A stretch of 32,000 nt of DNA, taken from contig NC_009954.1 of assembly GCF_000018305.1 (NCBI RefSeq), positions 270,001 through 302,000 of the forward strand, in the 5' to 3' direction. The translations under genes were made by a program, and so were the position numbers. Below are positions 25,324 to 32,000 of the stretch, piece by piece. Below the pieces are notes generated by a model, which worked only from the letters and a program-made list of their open reading frames with translations, was not told the origin of the DNA and ran no database searches. The first letter of the stretch is position 1. The number at the start of each line of letters is the position of its first letter. This DNA comes from Caldivirga maquilingensis IC-167 (GTDB taxonomy: Archaea; Thermoproteota; Thermoprotei; Thermoproteales; Thermocladiaceae).

Positions 25324-26205
25324 TTACTCAACCTTAAGCTTAATAACAGGCGTCGTTAACGTACCTACCCCACTAATACTGATTTCAACAACATCACCAT
25401 CCCTTAATGCAGCATCCCTACCAGGCAGTATCCCGGTGCCGGTCATTAGGATTGTACCATCAGGCACGGTGTTATTCCTTATAAGGTACTTAATCTGTTC
25501 ATCAATCCTCCTCCTCATACGCTCAGTGCTCACCTCCCCCTCGTAAATGGCTTTACCACTCCTAATTATCCTTAGCCTAATTTGAAGCGAATATGGGTTC
25601 TTAACCTCATCAGGCGTAACCACGAATGGACCGAAGGCACAGCAGCCATTGTAGACCTTTGATTGAGGCAGGTAGAGCGGGTTCTCAGCCTCAATATCCC
25701 TTGCCGACACATCATCAATAATAGTGTACCCAATTACCTTACCACTGCTTGTTATCACAACACCTAATTCAGGCTCAGGGAGCGTCCACTCTGAGTCGCC
25801 TCTAACAGCTATTGGTTCACCATGCCCAACACACCTATTGGCTGTTGCCTTAAAGAATATTTCAGGCCTCTCAGCATCATAAACCCTCTCATAAATAGTT
25901 AATTCACCAATCCTAGCCACCTCACCCTCCTCAGAGTACCTCCTCCTTGAAACTTCATAACTAATCCCACTTCCCCAAACCTCAGGTGGGTCATAGGGCT
26001 TAGTGAACCTTAAACCACTACTCCTATAGTCCCTACTCAGTAATTGATTAACATCAATATTAACCTCAGCTCCAAGACCTATTACCTTACCATTGGCATA
26101 GCTAATAAGGGCCTTTACAGGATCAACACCGAGTTCAAACACCTTACCATCCACCACAGCGTATTGGAACGTTGACTCCCCGTTAGTTAACCTGAATATC
26201 CTCAT
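25324..26205 (-). CDS. kdaD: Fumarylacetoacetate-hydrolase-family enzyme, 2-keto-3-deoxy-D-arabinonate dehydratase (KdaD)-like
   Basis: 293-aa ORF. 'PPEVWGSGISYE', 'RPEIFFKATANRCVGHGEPIAVR', 'SEWTLPEPELGVVI', 'DDVSARD' and 'PLYLPQSK' closely match my recollection of Sulfolobus KdaD (FAH fold). The family call is solid; the specific activity is inferred. Confidence 0.7.
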   Translation of the reverse strand: MRIFRLTNGESTFQYAVVDGKVFELGVDPVKALISYANGKVIGLGAEVNIDVNQLLSRDYRSSGLRFTKPYDPPEVWGSGISYEVSRRRYSEEGEVARIGELTIYERVYDAERPEIFFKATANRCVGHGEPIAVRGDSEWTLPEPELGVVITSSGKVIGYTIIDDVSARDIEAENPLYLPQSKVYNGCCAFGPFVVTPDEVKNPYSLQIRLRIIRSGKAIYEGEVSTERMRRRIDEQIKYLIRNNTVPDGTILMTGTGILPGRDAALRDGDVVEISISGVGTLTTPVIKLKVE

Positions 26206-26438
26206 ATAAAGAACTCCGCTTATACATTTTTAAAGTATTGCACATCATTAGTCGTTAAATTCTTCGCGAAACCATGAACCTAGGGTACGGCACCTCTCAA
26301 CGCTAACATAATTATTCGCAACCCTTCACTTAAGTTAACTAATGCAGGATCCAAGGCCTAACCCTAAGGGAATAAGAACCTAACACATGTAAAAAATAAC
26401 CATTACGTATACGGTGTCTTAAGCGTGATGCAGCAACG

Positions 26439-26446
26439 TTTAAATA
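26439..26446 (+). promoter_or_regulatory. TATA box of the aor gene (leaderless arrangement)
   Basis: TTTAAATA is centred about 24 nt upstream of the ATG at 26467. Confidence 0.5.
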
Positions 26447-26466
26447 CATAAAATGTTAAAGCCCTT

Positions 26467-28248
26467 ATGCATGGTTATGCTGGACGTATCGTGCGTTTCA
26501 ACTTAAGTAATGGATCCTTGACTATTGACAACGTTAAGGAATCGTGGGCTAGGTTATTCATTGGAGGCAGGGGACTGGGGTTGAGGCTTATAATGAGTAT
26601 GGGGCTTAAGTTAAGTGACGTTAACCCATACGGCCCTGAGAACCCACTGATAATAGCCACTGGACCTTTAGGTGGTACCAGGATACCACTGGCCACTAGG
26701 GCTATTGCACTATTCAAGTCACCCCTCAATAATAGGTGGAACTACTCAACAGTGGGGGAAACATTGGGAGCCTACCTAAAGTACTCAGGACTTGATGCAT
26801 TAGTATTAACTGGGGCATCCAGTAAGCCTGTTTACCTCATTGTATCTGATGGTAAAGTTGAGGTTAGGGATGCTAGGGAATTATGGGGATTAGACACTGT
26901 TGAAACTGAGAAAACGCTTAAGCGTTCCTTCAGGGACTCGGCGGTGTTAACCATTGGCCCAGCCGGTGAGAACAAGGTACCATACGCAGCCATTAATCAT
27001 GAGGAGTGGAGGCAATTCGGTAGAACAGGCGGTGGCGCTGTGATGGGTTCTAAGATGATTAAGGCCATAGTTTTCCTACCTGTCTCAAAGAATGTTGACG
27101 TGGCTAACGCTAAGGAGTATGAGGATTTAGTTAAGAACCTTGGTAAATTATCAGTTACTAATCCTGGTGAACAATCATTAAGAAATGGTGGCACGGTCAG
27201 GCTCATTGACGTGGGTAATAACATGGGCTTCTTCCCAAGCATCTACTGGACTAAGGTGGTTATGCCTGGGTGGGAGAGGATATCGTGGGAGAAGGTGCTT
27301 AAGCCAAGTTACCTACTTAAGAATGGTGCATGCCTATACTGCCCAGTGGCCTGCCATAAGGTCGTTAAATCCAGTAGCGGTGGCTATGACCTAGAGTACG
27401 AGACCTCAATGGCACTTGGCGGGTTAACTGGCGTTAATGACCCGGAGAAGTTGATTGAATTAGGTGAATTAGCTGATAGGCTTGGCTTTGATTCAATAAG
27501 CCTAGGCAACTCAATAGCCTTCATAATGTACCTAGGGGAGAAGGGTATTGTTAAGGATGCACCCAAGTGGGGTGACTACGAGGGTATTAGGAGACTAATT
27601 ATTGATACAGCCTACAGGAGGGGTTTAGGTGAGTTAGCTGCATTAGGTACTAGGGGTATTGGTGAGAAGCTTGGTGTAAGTGACTTAGCTATTCATGTTA
27701 AGGGCCTTGAACCAGCGGGCTATGACCCAAGGACCCTCAAGGGCATGATACTTAATAACGCCGTATCAGAAAGGGGTGCAGATCACCTCTGGAGCATGGC
27801 GTACTCCATTGATATAGCCGGTCAAGGTGGAGGCAGGTTCGCCACAGGTAGTGAGAAGGTTGCTGCGGTAATGGATTTTGAGGAGCGTAGTACGCTCTAC
27901 GACTCAATGCTGTTGTGTAAATTCGGTAGGTACATATATGATTGGGAGATGATGCGTAATGTACTTAACGCAGTCACGGGCTTCAACTACACTATTAATG
28001 AACTTAAGGAGGCTGCTCAAAGAATAATAGTGATGCACAGGTACATGAATGGAACAACCATAGAACAGGATAGACTACCACCCAGGTGGCTTAAGGAGCC
28101 TGTTATGTATGAGGGTAAGAGTTACGTCGTTACTGAGGAGGAGTGGATGAGCATGATTAAGGAGTACTATAGGTTAAGGGGCTACGATGAGAGAGGTGTA
28201 CCGAAGACTGAGACCTTGGTTAAATTAAGTATACTTAATAATGATTAA
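26467..28248 (+). CDS. aor: Tungsten-type aldehyde:ferredoxin oxidoreductase (AOR family)
   Basis: 593-aa ORF. It has the N-terminal 'GYAGRIVRFNLSNGS', 'GGGAVMGSK', the [4Fe-4S] motif CLYCPVAC (27331-27354), 'GLEPAGYDPR', 'ERGADH', and a fourth Cys in 'LLCKFGR'. Confidence 0.9.
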   Translation: MHGYAGRIVRFNLSNGSLTIDNVKESWARLFIGGRGLGLRLIMSMGLKLSDVNPYGPENPLIIATGPLGGTRIPLATRAIALFKSPLNNRWNYSTVGETLGAYLKYSGLDALVLTGASSKPVYLIVSDGKVEVRDARELWGLDTVETEKTLKRSFRDSAVLTIGPAGENKVPYAAINHEEWRQFGRTGGGAVMGSKMIKAIVFLPVSKNVDVANAKEYEDLVKNLGKLSVTNPGEQSLRNGGTVRLIDVGNNMGFFPSIYWTKVVMPGWERISWEKVLKPSYLLKNGACLYCPVACHKVVKSSSGGYDLEYETSMALGGLTGVNDPEKLIELGELADRLGFDSISLGNSIAFIMYLGEKGIVKDAPKWGDYEGIRRLIIDTAYRRGLGELAALGTRGIGEKLGVSDLAIHVKGLEPAGYDPRTLKGMILNNAVSERGADHLWSMAYSIDIAGQGGGRFATGSEKVAAVMDFEERSTLYDSMLLCKFGRYIYDWEMMRNVLNAVTGFNYTINELKEAAQRIIVMHRYMNGTTIEQDRLPPRWLKEPVMYEGKSYVVTEEEWMSMIKEYYRLRGYDERGVPKTETLVKLSILNND

Positions 28249-29161
28249 TTTCCCTAGCCCCCTCATTGGATGGCTTAGTTAAAATAACCACTGGACTTAA
28301 CCCAGCACTCATTAACTCGGTTTTAATCTCATTAACCTGAGGCTTCTCCTTAAAGAAAGCCGCTATGGATGGCCCAGCTCCACTTAATATTACGCCTAAG
28401 GCGCCATGATTCTCAAGCACACTCTTAACAACACCCCAATGCTCATAAGCCTTAACCCTGTAGGGCATTGCAACCCTATCATTTGTGATAACCCTTGAGA
28501 ATAAGTCTAGGTCATTCATTAAAACTGACGCAACTAATTGGGCGACATTAGCCATATTCGCAACCACGTCGCTTAACTCATAGGCCTTAGGTAGGATACT
28601 CCTCATGAAACCGGTGTTTGGTTTAGAACCCTCAATAACCACCACTATGCTTAACTCAGGGAAGTTAACCCTAATAACCCTCCTAATCACTGGGTTGACA
28701 AGAACTAAACCACCCAGTAGTGATGCGGCTACATTATCCATATGCCTCACCCCAGCTGAGGCTAATTCACCGTAGGAGGCTAATTCAACTAAGTCCCATT
28801 CACTCAGGCTTAGGTTAAGTAACTTATTCAATGCGTAAGCCACAGCAGCAGATGTTGCACCACTACTCCCTAATCCACTGGCGGGTTTAATACGCTTAAT
28901 AACCTCAATCTCAATCCTCCTCCTTAACCCAGCTAACTCAATAGCCCTAGTAGCCACCAAGTAGGCTGAGTTCCCATTACCCTCACTGGGTAGGCTGGAG
29001 GCGTATTCACCGCTATTCCTTATGAATACACCATCACCATCAGTTACCTTAACCTTAACAATATCACTTGGTGGATTAATGGCAAGCGCAGCAACATCAA
29101 AGGCAGGACCAAGGTTGGCTATTGATGCGGGAGCCTCAATAATCAACTCCTCAGTACCCAA
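28235..29161 (-). CDS. thrB: Homoserine kinase (GHMP family)
   Basis: 308-aa ORF. 'APASIANLGPAFDV', 'PASGLGSSGATSAA', 'HMDNVAASLLGG', 'AMPYR' and 'SGAGPSI' follow the ThrB pattern. It has a TTG start overlapping the upstream gene by 19 nt, and its 3' end overlaps aor convergently by 14 nt. Confidence 0.8.
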   Translation of the reverse strand: MGTEELIIEAPASIANLGPAFDVAALAINPPSDIVKVKVTDGDGVFIRNSGEYASSLPSEGNGNSAYLVATRAIELAGLRRRIEIEVIKRIKPASGLGSSGATSAAVAYALNKLLNLSLSEWDLVELASYGELASAGVRHMDNVAASLLGGLVLVNPVIRRVIRVNFPELSIVVVIEGSKPNTGFMRSILPKAYELSDVVANMANVAQLVASVLMNDLDLFSRVITNDRVAMPYRVKAYEHWGVVKSVLENHGALGVILSGAGPSIAAFFKEKPQVNEIKTELMSAGLSPVVILTKPSNEGAREINHY

Positions 29162-29922
29162 TCCGAATCACCCCTAAGCTCCTCCTGCTCTGAGGCGACC
29201 CTACTCATTAATTCATCGAAATGAGCCTTAATGTATGACCAAAGCTCCTCAATCTTACCCCTGAATTCATCATCATTAAGGCTATGAGGCACTAAACCAA
29301 CCCTACTAACTGAACCCCTAACCATGGCCCAGTGGGCAATTGATTGAAGATTATAGTTACCTAACACATCAGTACCATTAACCTTACCGTTAAGCCAGTA
29401 AACCTCCCTAGTGAAGTTAGTGGCTATTACCCTAAGGAACCTCTCCTTATTATTCTCCACAATACTCCTGCAGTTACCGTCATTCTTAAGAATATCAACT
29501 AGCCTATTTAAATTACCATCACTGTAGGTGGATAAGTTAGTTATTGCCTTAAGGAACTTCACATCATTGGTGAAGGCCCTGCAGTTAACATTAATGTAGA
29601 GCCATAGTGCAGTGGCCACTGAATCCAAAACACCCCTAAGGAATCTCTCAATTAACTCCTCATCACTTAACATGACTCTCTCAGTATGTAGCCCAGTATC
29701 AAGAATACTCTTAAGCCTCTTAAAGTCAACAACACCCGCAAACACTAAGTCACCATCTATGAATATGCTTGGTACTGACCTAACACCCCTCTCCAAGGCT
29801 GCGTGAGGGTCAATGGATGTGTCGTAGATTTTAACCTTATCTATGAATCCCCACTGCTTCAGTAGCCTTATTAGGGAATGGCATGTTGAGCACGTTGGAT
29901 GCACGAAAACCTCTACCTCCAT
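29143..29922 (-). CDS. Thioredoxin/glutaredoxin-fold (CxxC) domain fused to an uncharacterised domain of about 180 aa
   Basis: 259-aa ORF. The N-terminal about 75 aa, 'VFVHPTCSTCHSL...VRSVPSIFIDGDLVFAG', has the CxxC (29881-29892) and cis-Pro pattern of small redoxins. I do not recognise the remainder. Confidence 0.6.
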   Translation of the reverse strand: MEVEVFVHPTCSTCHSLIRLLKQWGFIDKVKIYDTSIDPHAALERGVRSVPSIFIDGDLVFAGVVDFKRLKSILDTGLHTERVMLSDEELIERFLRGVLDSVATALWLYINVNCRAFTNDVKFLKAITNLSTYSDGNLNRLVDILKNDGNCRSIVENNKERFLRVIATNFTREVYWLNGKVNGTDVLGNYNLQSIAHWAMVRGSVSRVGLVPHSLNDDEFRGKIEELWSYIKAHFDELMSRVASEQEELRGDSDWVLRS

Positions 29923-30063
29923 TATTCAATCCCTTAAACTATATGGTTAAAAAACTTACTACAGTTAATTAATGAATCAACTATATATTCATATATACTG
30001 GGTTCACCCAGTACCCTACGTTACACCATTAACAACCTAAAGATATTTCTATTAGTCAACTAT

Positions 30064-31953
30064 ATGAAGCATATGAAGGTACTTAATGTTGACTTAACGA
30101 GCGGAAGCGTAAGCATAACTAGCGTTGAGGCGCAGGGACCAGTAACCCTAGGCGTCAGGATACTGAGTAATGAGGATACTTACAGTAAGGATCCACTGGA
30201 TCCAAGTGTACCCTTCATTATTGGTATAGGCCCCTTCGTTGGAGGTAAATTACCCGGCGTGCATAGGGCTATTGCAGTGTTTAAAAGCCCAATGACTAAG
30301 ACTATTCACGTTGCCGCAATAGGTGGTGTTGCCTATAAGTTCATGGGTTCTGGTATTGATGCAGTGGTCGTGAGGGGACGTTCTGGGAAGCCCACTGCCC
30401 TATTCATATCAAGCGATGGGGTTGAGGTAAGGCAAGTTAACCCAGTGTACTCTTATAGTGGGCTTAATGGCGTTTACGCCTTCACTAAGTACCTAATGGA
30501 TTCCTTCAACGACTTCTTCACTAAGTATAATGCAAGGGCCATTGTAGTGGGTGAGGCGGCGTTGAAGACTTATAATGGTGCATTATTCTCAATTGACGTT
30601 GATCCTAGGAGGAGGGAGTTTAAGCCTGGTGCCGAGGATACTGCAGCCAGGGGAGGGCCGGGTACTGTAATGGCTCAGGGCCATAATTTAGTAGCCATTG
30701 TAGCCGGTGGTTCGGTTAAGGCTAGGTACGTTAAGGTAACTGACATGAATCTAATTAATAAGATGTCCATGGAGTCCTTTAAGAAGCCATTCATACAGGT
30801 TATGGGTGAGAAGACTATTAAGTATAGGTATGACCCAAGCATGGGTACTGGTGGAACATTCGGTGTGAATTACCCGCATTATAGGGAGTTGCTACCCCTC
30901 TTTGGCTATAAGTCAATATACATGCCTAGGGATATTAGGGTTAAGCACGTTGAGGCTATAATTAACCTATTCTGGAAGCCATTCAATGATGAAGTCTTCG
31001 TTAAAAGTAAGTCATGGTACAATTGCGGTGACTTCGGTTGCTCGGTTGTGTGTAAGAAGGTTTGGCGTGGTAAGAAGGTTGACTATGAACCATTCCACGC
31101 AGCTGGCCCATTCATAGGTAATTACATATTCCAGGAGGCCGTTAAGGTAGTTGACTTAATCGATGAATACGGCTTCGATGCAATAGAAATGGGACATGTG
31201 ATTGCCTGGGTCTTCGACTCCATTGAAAACGGCCTACTTAAACCTGAGGAGGTTGGCTTAAGTGATAAGCCTATTTTCAACCCCTATGAATTCGCGCCTG
31301 AGAGGGATTCGTTAAGGAATGCTAAGTTGGCTGGTGAATTAATTAATGGTTTAGTTAATAAGTCAACCCCAATACTCAGGATGATTGCTGAGAACGGTAT
31401 TAGGGTCTCGGCTAGGAGGCTTAATGAAATGTTCAGTGATAGGGTTAAGGCAACGGGTAAATCATTCAATGACCTAGTGGTCTACGTGGCCTACGGTGAG
31501 TCAGGTTACATGACGCCTAACTTCTACTGGACCCCAGGTATGGTTGCCCCAATGTACATACTTGGTAGGTACTGGACCAATTACTCTAATACATTCATGA
31601 AGCCTGAGGATTACGCTAAGTCAGCTTTGGAGAGGGCTATTAATGAGGCTTTAATTGATGATGCTGGGATATGCAGGTTCCATAGGGGTTGGGCTGAACC
31701 AATGCTTGAGAAAATGTACAGTGAGTTCACTGGAATGAAGCCTAATAAGAATCTTTACAGGGAGTTGGCTGAATACTCAATTAAGGCTGGGGCACAACCC
31801 AAGCCCTGGGAGAGCAGTAGGGCTGCTGACGTTGTTGCAACCTTAGCTAAGGAGATTGGTTCCAAGGAGTGGGTATTTGAGAGTAAGAGTGATTACACTG
31901 AATGGTGGATTAGGTATAAGGTTGCATTAGATAAGCAACTCGGTGTGGCTTAA
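30064..31953 (+). CDS. gor: AOR-family tungstoenzyme, glyceraldehyde-3-phosphate:ferredoxin oxidoreductase (GAPOR)-like
   Basis: 629-aa ORF. 'ARGGPGTVMAQGHNLVAIVAGG', 'KYRYDPSMGTGGTFGVNYP', 'CGDFGCSVVCKK' (31024-31053), 'DYEPFHAAGP', 'GLLKPEEVG' and 'ICRFHRGW' resemble my recollection of Pyrococcus/Pyrobaculum GAPOR more than classical AOR. An alternative ATG lies at 30073. Confidence 0.7.
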   Translation: MKHMKVLNVDLTSGSVSITSVEAQGPVTLGVRILSNEDTYSKDPLDPSVPFIIGIGPFVGGKLPGVHRAIAVFKSPMTKTIHVAAIGGVAYKFMGSGIDAVVVRGRSGKPTALFISSDGVEVRQVNPVYSYSGLNGVYAFTKYLMDSFNDFFTKYNARAIVVGEAALKTYNGALFSIDVDPRRREFKPGAEDTAARGGPGTVMAQGHNLVAIVAGGSVKARYVKVTDMNLINKMSMESFKKPFIQVMGEKTIKYRYDPSMGTGGTFGVNYPHYRELLPLFGYKSIYMPRDIRVKHVEAIINLFWKPFNDEVFVKSKSWYNCGDFGCSVVCKKVWRGKKVDYEPFHAAGPFIGNYIFQEAVKVVDLIDEYGFDAIEMGHVIAWVFDSIENGLLKPEEVGLSDKPIFNPYEFAPERDSLRNAKLAGELINGLVNKSTPILRMIAENGIRVSARRLNEMFSDRVKATGKSFNDLVVYVAYGESGYMTPNFYWTPGMVAPMYILGRYWTNYSNTFMKPEDYAKSALERAINEALIDDAGICRFHRGWAEPMLEKMYSEFTGMKPNKNLYRELAEYSIKAGAQPKPWESSRAADVVATLAKEIGSKEWVFESKSDYTEWWIRYKVALDKQLGVA

Positions 31954-32000
31954 AGTTAAGTCTACTGAGTTAAGCTTTGACTGGCGTTTTCCCACTCCTC

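Overview
This 32-kb segment reads like chromosomal DNA of a hyperthermophilic crenarchaeote, probably of the Thermoproteales type. That placement is an inference from several features: moderately AT-rich coding DNA with AGG/TTA/GTT-rich codon usage, TATA-like boxes about 25 nt upstream of mostly leaderless starts, several GTG/TTG starts, Rpo12/RpoP, NucS, AOR- and GAPOR-type tungstoenzymes, a KdaD-like FAH enzyme, and a 25-nt CRISPR repeat ending in a crenarchaeal-type AGAAAG handle. No database search was possible, so all family calls rest on motifs read from the ORF translations. About 33 tightly packed protein genes lie on both strands. The left end (30-5483) is a small island of secreted or glycan-active proteins: a Tat-signal beta-helix protein, a DUF2961/GH172-like protein, a sulfatase-fold enzyme with a non-canonical nucleophile motif, and a Tat-like exported protein. 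The remaining genes are mostly housekeeping or metabolic: nucS, gluconolactonase, rpoP, an OCD-family enzyme, a MoaD-like GG protein, an AP-superfamily enzyme, DUF59, an E3-like flavoprotein, DUF89, cobQ, mtaD, nagA, acs, a HAD hydrolase, a PIN protein, a KdaD-like enzyme, aor, thrB, a thioredoxin-fold fusion and a GAPOR-like enzyme. The RNA and repeat features are tRNA-Arg(GCG), an orphan 4-repeat CRISPR mini-array with its leader, and an ORF-free, GC-enriched, hairpin-dense locus of about 250 nt (10196-10446) that I cannot assign to a known RNA family. Next to the array, 18.4-19.85 kb is largely non-coding or pseudogenic and looks like a decayed ABC transporter. I cannot support a clear multi-gene novel system such as a defence island from sequence alone. 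The best follow-up targets are the unassigned structured RNA, the cas-less mini-array and its leader element, the Thr-for-Cys sulfatase-fold enzyme with its stand-alone C-terminal-subdomain partner, and the divergent KdaD-like/AOR pair.
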